From IMG/VR virus record IMGVR_UViG_3300032291_003679, positions 64,001-128,000 of that record: 64,000 bases of DNA; one strand, given 5' to 3'. Shown one piece after another: positions 48,931-55,801 of the stretch. This DNA comes from a virus. A program made the position numbers and the translations under genes. The notes below the pieces were generated by a model. The model saw only the letters and a list, made by a program, of their open reading frames with translations, had not been told where the DNA came from and did not search any database. Within the stretch, counting starts at the first letter, position 1; the number at the start of each line of letters is the position of its first letter.

Positions 48931-49477
48931 TATTGAGTACGTAGACCCATCGGTCTTGTCAGTTCCTGAATGGAAAGCGACATATACGCTTCGGCCAGAG
49001 ATGTTAGTTATTTCAGCATCGCTTTCCCAGTTTGGCTTTATCCAACCAATTCATGTGCGAAAAGCAACGGGGGAGATTATTGACGGTTCAGAAAGATTCC
49101 TATTAGCAACAAGCATCCCGCAGATACTAAGAAAAAGCTCTGGGTTGATTCCCGTTGTCTTTCACGACGTAGACCACATTGACGCAATGCTTATGCACTT
49201 GAGACTAAATAGAGGACATTCTCAAGTAATTGCTCAAAAAACCTCAAACATTGTCAGGGCAGTTAAGCGTTCTGGAAAGTATGGAGTGTCTGATTTTGAA
49301 GACATGCTGTGCATGAGGTCTGAGGAATTGTCAATAATGCTTGACGGAAGCCTGCTGAAAACACGCAAATTAAAGGAACACAACTACGCCAGGGCATGGA
49401 TTCCTATTGAGGCACCGCCGGGTTCCGTAGGAGAAGAATCTTTTTCCATAGAAAGACCTCCTAATCCTGACAGATAA
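48920..49477 (+). CDS. ParB-like protein (IbrB/YbdM-like)
   Basis: SLSQFGFIQPI...IIDGSER...LRLNRG; directly follows the IbrA-like gene. Confidence 0.75.
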   Translation: MNINIEYVDPSVLSVPEWKATYTLRPEMLVISASLSQFGFIQPIHVRKATGEIIDGSERFLLATSIPQILRKSSGLIPVVFHDVDHIDAMLMHLRLNRGHSQVIAQKTSNIVRAVKRSGKYGVSDFEDMLCMRSEELSIMLDGSLLKTRKLKEHNYARAWIPIEAPPGSVGEESFSIERPPNPDR

Positions 49478-49523
49478 ATAAAACTCTTTTCTGGTATATT
49501 TATAAAAAGACTAGAGGAGCATT

Positions 49524-50306
49524 ATGCCCGGAGTACGCTACGGCCCAGACATTTCAGACGACGCTGCCTTCATTCTTGATTCTGTTAAAGAGTTGCAGGC
49601 AAAATTGCGTAAAGGTTTGACCCTAAGCAAGGACCGCAAGGGCAAAGCTGGTGAAGCTACTAAGCTTGCGCAGTACAAGAAACTTGCAAAAGATATCTTC
49701 GGCGTAAGCGAAAAAGATTTTGATAGAGGAAGATTTGGAGACCTTGCCACTATGGCAACATATGGTGGCTCTAAGTCTCGAAGCAAACTTGCAAAGAGCT
49801 GGAGAACTGGTGGACAGATGAAGAAGTCTGTTACCCAGGAATTTGTCGACAGAGGCGTACCTGGTGGAAGAAGAGCTGGAAGTACTAAAACTCCAGACAC
49901 AGCATGGTACCTTGGACGAACCAGACCGAAGAAGTTCAGAGAAGTTGAAGGCCGAATTCAGCGCCGTTTAAACCGCAACGGGACATCTTACAATGGCGTA
50001 AGCGTGCCTCCACGAGGTGCTAAGCCAGACAATTTCCTCGCTGCAGTGGACTCTTTGAATATCACTCGTGCGCGAGGAAAGACAAACACGCCAGCTACCA
50101 GCGATATAGCTAACAGACCTCTCGGAGTAAGCAGAGGCGCAAGACCCGGAAGTTCAATCCGCCCTCCTTTGCCAAAAAGCGCTATAGCCGCAGAAAAGCG
50201 CAGAAGAGCACAGTCAGGTACAAAGAAAGCGCGAGAGCTTGCCGGCAAGGGTAAAGGTAAAAGCGGCGGAAAGCCGAAGACACCAAAGAAGCCTAAGAAG
50301 GCATAA
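49524..50306 (+). CDS. Highly basic (Lys/Arg/Gly-rich) protein, possibly DNA-associated
   Basis: Composition; strong SD GAGGAG. Confidence 0.65.
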   Translation: MPGVRYGPDISDDAAFILDSVKELQAKLRKGLTLSKDRKGKAGEATKLAQYKKLAKDIFGVSEKDFDRGRFGDLATMATYGGSKSRSKLAKSWRTGGQMKKSVTQEFVDRGVPGGRRAGSTKTPDTAWYLGRTRPKKFREVEGRIQRRLNRNGTSYNGVSVPPRGAKPDNFLAAVDSLNITRARGKTNTPATSDIANRPLGVSRGARPGSSIRPPLPKSAIAAEKRRRAQSGTKKARELAGKGKGKSGGKPKTPKKPKKA

Positions 50307-50310
50307 AAGA

Positions 50311-50724
50311 CTACCTCTCGGTAATCTTTAACATCTTCTTCTCGTGTAGCCCGAATCCAGAGTCGAGCTCAATAGGGTCGATTATGTCCTCATAAAAGAT
50401 GTGCCCATCCATGCCTGAATCTTCTTTTATTAAGAAGTCCTTTACTGAAGCATGTGGTTCAAAAACAGCAACGTAACGGCCGTTTTCGTCTTTCCCAACA
50501 ATGTCTATATTTGTAGAGGAAAACGCAGCAACTGTTACTCTCCACAGAAAATCGGTGAACTCTTCGAGCTCTTCGCCGTCCATGTCTCCTTGCTCTTCTT
50601 CAAAATAGAAAAACAACACTTCAAGGGCGTTTCTCAGGACATCTACGTTGGCTGCCCTTTTGTCTTCAGGATTAGAAAAAAAGTTTACTAAAATCTGTTC
50701 TTGAATATTGTTTTTTGTTGTCAT
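50311..50724 (-). CDS. Acidic hypothetical protein (paralog A)
   Basis: Aligns by eye with the adjacent 50721-51023 product. Confidence 0.7.
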   Translation of the reverse strand: MTTKNNIQEQILVNFFSNPEDKRAANVDVLRNALEVLFFYFEEEQGDMDGEELEEFTDFLWRVTVAAFSSTNIDIVGKDENGRYVAVFEPHASVKDFLIKEDSGMDGHIFYEDIIDPIELDSGFGLHEKKMLKITER

Positions 50725-51023
50725 TGCATATTTCTTTCTTTACCGAAGTGTTCCAGTGACTTATAAGGCTTAAATCTAGCGACATAATCACCTTCTGAGT
50801 TCGTACCGACGATATCCATACCTGCAACGGCCATAAGAACTGTTGCTATTCCAAAAGAGTCATCAATCAGTTCATCCACCTCTGACTCGCTCATTGGCTC
50901 GTCGTCTGCCATGAATACGACAAAAAGTATTCTGGCAACCCTTTCCAAGATTTCTCTATTTGCATCAACCTTTTCTTGTTGAGAAAATTTAATAGTTGGA
51001 GCAAATAACTGTTCAGATGACAT
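50721..51023 (-). CDS. Acidic hypothetical protein (paralog B)
   Basis: ATG at 51023 lies 6 nt after TAAATT; similar to the neighbouring product. Confidence 0.7.
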   Translation of the reverse strand: MSSEQLFAPTIKFSQQEKVDANREILERVARILFVVFMADDEPMSESEVDELIDDSFGIATVLMAVAGMDIVGTNSEGDYVARFKPYKSLEHFGKERNMQ

Positions 51024-51142
51024 AACCAAAATTTACACCCTATTGGTGTCTGGGTCAATGCTCGTCTCCCCCTGCAGACATACTTGGTGTTAGAATTTGA
51101 TACCGCATTTATTTGCGAAATCGCTTTATCACTGGAGTAGCC

Positions 51143-51787
51143 ATGATTGTCTCGGTCAACGACATTAAGACATATATGGACATCAAGCTAAATCCCCGTC
51201 AAGAGGATGCAGCAGAAATGATTCTTGCTGGCCTGCAGAGCGAGCTAGAAGCATTCCTCAGAAGGCCCATCGAAGTATCTGAATTCGAAGAAGAGCATCG
51301 TCTCGACGCCGCTCATACGGGCGTTCCAATGGGGTCATTCTTGACCGCCAACGACAATACATACAACTCCTCCTTCACGACCAGCCCACGGAACGACATG
51401 ACCACATGGGCAAGTCCGCCACCAGCTATTTATTTTAGAAACACACCAATTGTTTCTATCTCTGAAGTAAAAGTAAAACCATTATTTGGAGAAGAAAAAA
51501 TTCTCGTTGAAGAAAATGACTACATCCCTCGTAAATACGGAATTGACTACTACTACGGATACACGGACGACTTGATTACGGTTACCTATACAGCAGGGCT
51601 AGACGGCACAACAATACCGGCAATGAAGCTAATGATTCTTCGTGCCGCATCCCGTGAAATGCAAAACATGCACGATGACGTTGTTGCGGTAAAAGACCTA
51701 AACACACGAAATACAGGGCCGGCCGTAACAGGCTTTCTTGATACTGAACTTTCAAGCCTTCGCAAGTACAGAAGGATTCAGGCGTAG
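51143..51787 (+). CDS. Head-tail adaptor/connector
   Basis: IVSVNDIKTYM...LEAFLRR...PIVSISEV...VTYTAG...L.KYRR; SD GGAG before ATG 51143. Confidence 0.75.
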   Translation: MIVSVNDIKTYMDIKLNPRQEDAAEMILAGLQSELEAFLRRPIEVSEFEEEHRLDAAHTGVPMGSFLTANDNTYNSSFTTSPRNDMTTWASPPPAIYFRNTPIVSISEVKVKPLFGEEKILVEENDYIPRKYGIDYYYGYTDDLITVTYTAGLDGTTIPAMKLMILRAASREMQNMHDDVVAVKDLNTRNTGPAVTGFLDTELSSLRKYRRIQA

Positions 51788-51793
51788 CAAAAA

Positions 51794-52291
51794 ATGGCTA
51801 ATCGCAGTGTAGTAGTCGTAGTAGACGCCAAATGGGATGGGGATGACGCTCAAGACAGGCTGAAAAACATGAAGGATAGGGCCACAAATATGAGCCCTGT
51901 CCTTACTTGGGCCGGTAAATATTTAGAGCGTGCTTACTCAAAAAACTTCACCACCATGGGCTCGTTGTCGGCAAAAGCGATGCTTAAGGGAGCGTGGCCC
52001 CCTCTTGATAACGAGTACGCTTCATGGAAGGCAACAAAAGTTCCTGGTGCTACTCCATTGATATTCAGTGGAAAACTGTTCAGAAGTGTTTCAAGCATGA
52101 ACTCTAGTCCCAAAAACGCTCTCAGCGACATGTCGGCCACCTTCGTTATAGATAGCCCAATTGCAAAGTTCCACCAATACGGAACTCAAGACATGCCATC
52201 TCGTAAAATACTTTTTGTACCAAGAGACTTTGACAGGGATATAAATAAAAAAGCAACGCAGTACATCGTTAACGGAAGCAAGCTGACATGA
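51794..52291 (+). CDS. Neck/virion morphogenesis protein (Mu gpG-like)
   Basis: W.PL...Y...K...LIFSGKL..S...AKFHQYGT..MPSRKIL. Confidence 0.75.
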   Translation: MANRSVVVVVDAKWDGDDAQDRLKNMKDRATNMSPVLTWAGKYLERAYSKNFTTMGSLSAKAMLKGAWPPLDNEYASWKATKVPGATPLIFSGKLFRSVSSMNSSPKNALSDMSATFVIDSPIAKFHQYGTQDMPSRKILFVPRDFDRDINKKATQYIVNGSKLT

Positions 52292-52896
52292 CCCCGTTAA
52301 TGAATGGTTCGCATGCAGCAAAAAAGTATGTCAATGACTACCTGTCTCGTGACATACCAATCAGGCTTATCCGCTACAGAAATGGCTGGAACCTGGATAG
52401 CACGGATTTGCCAGACCCAGGCCAGTACATCGCCTACGAGCCCCTAGCGATAGATGAGTGGCCTTCAATCATTACGGTCGCTCTATCGATGAACGGTCTT
52501 GAGCGGATTGGCTACGATAGCGCCGACCCTCTATACCGAGTTAGCTACAGCATGAGAACATACGTGTGGGTTAGAGACGAAGGCAACGAAGCCACCACTT
52601 TAATGCGAGATAGATTGACGACGGTGGTCAGAAGCGCATTGCTTGATTATCCGTGCCTAAAAGCTTTCGATGCAAGAACTTCGTTTAGGGCCGTTATCGC
52701 CGAGAATACTTTGCGTGAAGAATATTCCGACATAACTTTACTAAAAGGCGACAGAATGATGGCCGGTGCTTACCTCGCCTACACGCTAGAGATGGACGAA
52801 GTAGTCACAAGAGAACCGCTTGGAATTGTTTCCGAGATAGAGATAGAAGCAAGAACTGCTGGCACAAACGAAGAAATGCCTTCTCTTGATGATTAA
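52288..52896 (+). CDS. Probable tail terminator/completion protein
   Basis: Position between neck and sheath genes; size. Confidence 0.55.
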   Translation: MTPLMNGSHAAKKYVNDYLSRDIPIRLIRYRNGWNLDSTDLPDPGQYIAYEPLAIDEWPSIITVALSMNGLERIGYDSADPLYRVSYSMRTYVWVRDEGNEATTLMRDRLTTVVRSALLDYPCLKAFDARTSFRAVIAENTLREEYSDITLLKGDRMMAGAYLAYTLEMDEVVTREPLGIVSEIEIEARTAGTNEEMPSLDD

Positions 52897-52922
52897 ACAG
52901 CTACTTTTAAAAGTTCAATTCA

Positions 52923-52958
52923 TAGTTGCACAAAATAATAGAATCCCGTCTGTACAAT
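52923..52958 (+). promoter_or_regulatory. Putative late promoter TAGTTGCAC-N21-TACAAT upstream of the sheath gene
   Basis: Shared motif; overlaps the inverted repeat GAATCCCGT...ACGGGATTC. Confidence 0.45.
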
Positions 52959-53001
52959 TGACCATACAAACGGGATTCCCTATTCGAAACAGTGAGGTCC
53001 T

Positions 53002-54459
53002 ATGCCTGGCGTAGTCATTTCAACTTCAGTTAGAACCGGCCCATCAACGGCTACAGTTCGTGAGTCATCACAGCTGTTCATTGTTGGCCTCACCGAGCGC
53101 GGCCCATCCGATGAGCCAGTGCTTGTAGAGAGCCTTGCCGAATTTGAGGACGTTTTTGGCGGATATCAGTCATATTCATACACACACCCAACTCTCGAGA
53201 CATTCTTCGAGGAGGGTGGAACTCGCGCATACGTTGCTCGTGCCGTTGGTGCTTCAGCAACAGTCGGAGAGTTAACGCTTCAAAATGGTGGCGACGACGT
53301 CATCACGCTGACAGCTAACGGTGCCGGCGCATGGAGCGCAGACGTTGAGGTTGCAGTAACGCACCCAACAGCCTCGACTTTCAAAATTGACATCTACTAC
53401 GGTGGTGGCTCTCCAAAGTATACGACTGGAAGCGTTTCGAGCGCATCTCAGGCTGTAGGACGAATCAACCTAAGCGCAATAGCTTCACGGTATGTCACAG
53501 CGTCTGTTGATGATGCAGAACTGATTCCATCAGTCATTGCTGCTACAGCATTGTCAGCAGGAGACGATAATTACGAGCTTGTTGATGCCGACACATACGA
53601 AGCACAGCTTGAACTTTTCAACGATGCTCTTGGCTCCGGCGCAGTTATCTGTGCCGAAGATTCAAGCAACGCAATGGGCTCTTCACTTATCGCGCACTGC
53701 AATACATACAGCAGAGTTGCTCTCCTGTTTGCAAACGAGACTGCAACGGCATCCGAGGTGAAGGCAAAAGCACTTACACTTCAGGCCGAAGACCACCCTG
53801 AGCATGCAGCCCTTTATTACCCATGGGTAGAGGTTCCAACCGGAACCCCTGGCGTAACACGCGTTATTCCGCCTGTCGGTTATGTCGCTGGCAAGCGCTC
53901 GGTCGCTCACAACCAAACAGGACCACATCTTCCTGCAGCAGGCCTTTTGTCTGCATCGAAGTTTGTAGTTGGTATCAAGTCCGACATCAACAAGACCGTT
54001 GGTGACAACTTGGACGAGAACTACGTGAATGCTCTGAGAGTTATTCAAAACACAATCAGAGTTTATGGTGCACGTTCACTGTCTTCCGATACAGACAACT
54101 TCCGCTACATTACGCAGCAGGACGTTGTTAACACAATCGTGACAGAGTGCTACCGTTCGATAGAAGATGTGGTTTTCAGCTCAATCGATGGTCGAAACAC
54201 GATTTTCGCCAACATCGAGTCACGACTAATTTCAATCTTGTCGGTTATGCGTAATATTGGGGCACTGTACCCAGCATTCGATGCAAATGGACGCCAGCTT
54301 GACAATGGGTACATCGTGAAGTGTGATTCTTCCATGAACCCAACATCACAGTTGGCAGACGGTCTGGTCAAGGCAAAGGTTGGCGTTCGCGTCAGCAGCG
54401 TCGGGGACAGAATCGAAATCGACATCGTCAAGTCAAACCTCACTTCAACAGTGGTTTAA
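53002..54459 (+). CDS. Contractile tail sheath protein
   Basis: MPGV, GLTERGP...V.S..EF...FG, FFEEGG..AYVAR, ALYYPW, PP.GYVAG, VYGARSL. Confidence 0.92.
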   Translation: MPGVVISTSVRTGPSTATVRESSQLFIVGLTERGPSDEPVLVESLAEFEDVFGGYQSYSYTHPTLETFFEEGGTRAYVARAVGASATVGELTLQNGGDDVITLTANGAGAWSADVEVAVTHPTASTFKIDIYYGGGSPKYTTGSVSSASQAVGRINLSAIASRYVTASVDDAELIPSVIAATALSAGDDNYELVDADTYEAQLELFNDALGSGAVICAEDSSNAMGSSLIAHCNTYSRVALLFANETATASEVKAKALTLQAEDHPEHAALYYPWVEVPTGTPGVTRVIPPVGYVAGKRSVAHNQTGPHLPAAGLLSASKFVVGIKSDINKTVGDNLDENYVNALRVIQNTIRVYGARSLSSDTDNFRYITQQDVVNTIVTECYRSIEDVVFSSIDGRNTIFANIESRLISILSVMRNIGALYPAFDANGRQLDNGYIVKCDSSMNPTSQLADGLVKAKVGVRVSSVGDRIEIDIVKSNLTSTVV

Positions 54460-54475
54460 TCGGAGGAAGTAACCA

Positions 54476-54973
54476 ATGGCAAAAGTAGCGCAGAGACAAG
54501 TACTTGCAACAATAGTTCCAAGCACTTTTACCAATAACGCCAAGCAACAAACCAACGTTCAGGTTAACCTCCCGCGTTGGAACGAGTTCCGCTTCGCGCA
54601 GGTCTCAGGCGGTGAAATCACTGCATCTGTTGAAAAGATTTATGAAGGTGGCAAGTCACGACCAACAGTGTTGTGTGCACCCTCCGAAATCGGCGACATT
54701 ACCCTGACAGCCCACTACGATGACGACATGAATTCAGCGGAAACTGCTGCTGGAATTGGTGCAAAAATCAAGGGCCTCCGCAAGTATGTCGGTACGGCTT
54801 ACTACAACATCACAGTGTCTGTTTACGACTGCGACATCAAGGACCCAACAAACGACCGCGTTTACACAAATGCGCTCTTGGTTGGAATGACGGAGCCAGA
54901 AGGCGACTCGTCTTCGGGTGCTCCTGCAACATTCGCCCTTACATTCGCAATTTCAGACGTCGACGCCCAATAA
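54476..54973 (+). CDS. Tail tube protein
   Basis: Follows the sheath gene; FAQVSGG...YEGG...GDITLT. Confidence 0.8.
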   Translation: MAKVAQRQVLATIVPSTFTNNAKQQTNVQVNLPRWNEFRFAQVSGGEITASVEKIYEGGKSRPTVLCAPSEIGDITLTAHYDDDMNSAETAAGIGAKIKGLRKYVGTAYYNITVSVYDCDIKDPTNDRVYTNALLVGMTEPEGDSSSGAPATFALTFAISDVDAQ

Positions 54974-54979
54974 ATCGCC

Positions 54980-55015
54980 TAGTTGCATTTTTGGCTAGCC
55001 ATAATGTGCTAGTTT
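54980..55015 (+). promoter_or_regulatory. Putative promoter TAGTTGCAT-N21-TAGTTT, leaderless, for the tail chaperone
   Basis: Shared motif; -10-like box 7 nt before ATG 55023. Confidence 0.45.
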
Positions 55016-55022
55016 CTGCACT

Positions 55023-55574
55023 ATGAGCGAAAATGCATTGTACGTAAGCGAAGATTCCGATGACGCAAAGGGTGGCAAAAAGTCACCTCAGCGTGACCTG
55101 ACAGCATCAAGCGTTAAGGAAGAGACACAACTCGACCGCCTACGCTCTATTGTTAAGAAAAAGGTTGAGCGTCCGGTAGTCCACATTCAGGTCCCAGAAC
55201 GCCCTGGTGTTAGCGTCATAATTAGCCCAAACATCACTCAGTCACAGATGAAAAACTGGCGTAAGAATGCTGGCGAAGACTCAAGAAACGGTCTTGACCC
55301 AACAAAGTTTGCTTGCCTTGTTATTGGCCATTCAACTGTTGGTATCTGCATGGATGACGTTGAGATTTTTGACGAAAATGGCAATAATCTTAATTTTGCC
55401 CACCCGCTTATTCTTGAAATGACAGAGACAACACGTCCAGTCCCCGATGCAGTTCGGGCACTTTTCGGTGTTGACCCCCACGTTGAGTCAGCTGCTCTCG
55501 CAATTCTTGATGCGGCCGGATATTCAGATACGGTTGCCGCAGTGGACCCTACGAAGGAGTCTTCGACGAACTAG
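55023..55574 (+). CDS. Tail assembly chaperone (gpG-like)
   Basis: Position between tube and tape measure genes; ends ...VDPTKESSTN. Confidence 0.75.
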   Translation: MSENALYVSEDSDDAKGGKKSPQRDLTASSVKEETQLDRLRSIVKKKVERPVVHIQVPERPGVSVIISPNITQSQMKNWRKNAGEDSRNGLDPTKFACLVIGHSTVGICMDDVEIFDENGNNLNFAHPLILEMTETTRPVPDAVRALFGVDPHVESAALAILDAAGYSDTVAAVDPTKESSTN

Positions 55575-55747
55575 TCGTAGATTCCACAGTCGCATCAGCA
55601 GCAAGGCTCGGAGAGCTTTTTCACGTAAACCCATTAGAAATAATGGATGTAGACGAAACTGACTGGTTGCTACTATTGGCCTGTGCTAAAGTTATAGGCA
55701 ACGACCGCGAAGAGCAAGAGCGAAAGTCGAAGACTCAGGGCATATAG
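55544..55747 (+). CDS. -1 frameshift extension of the tail chaperone (gpGT-like)
   Basis: The -1 frame is open 55511-55747 with no suitable own start and encodes FDELVVDSTVASAARLGELFHVNPLEIMDVDETDWLLLLACAKVI. Confidence 0.65.
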   Translation, partial: GPYEGVFDELVVDSTVASAARLGELFHVNPLEIMDVDETDWLLLLACAKVIGNDREEQERKSKTQGI

Positions 55748-55801
55748 TCCATAGCTCGGCAGCCTTACACTCACGTGACTTAAAAATCACTCGGAGTAGG
55801 A

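Noticed and set aside
55447-55662. Track ORF 55447-55662 as the chaperone frameshift product
   Set aside because: It is the +1 frame with non-protein-like composition; the -1 frame ending at 55747 is the plausible extension.
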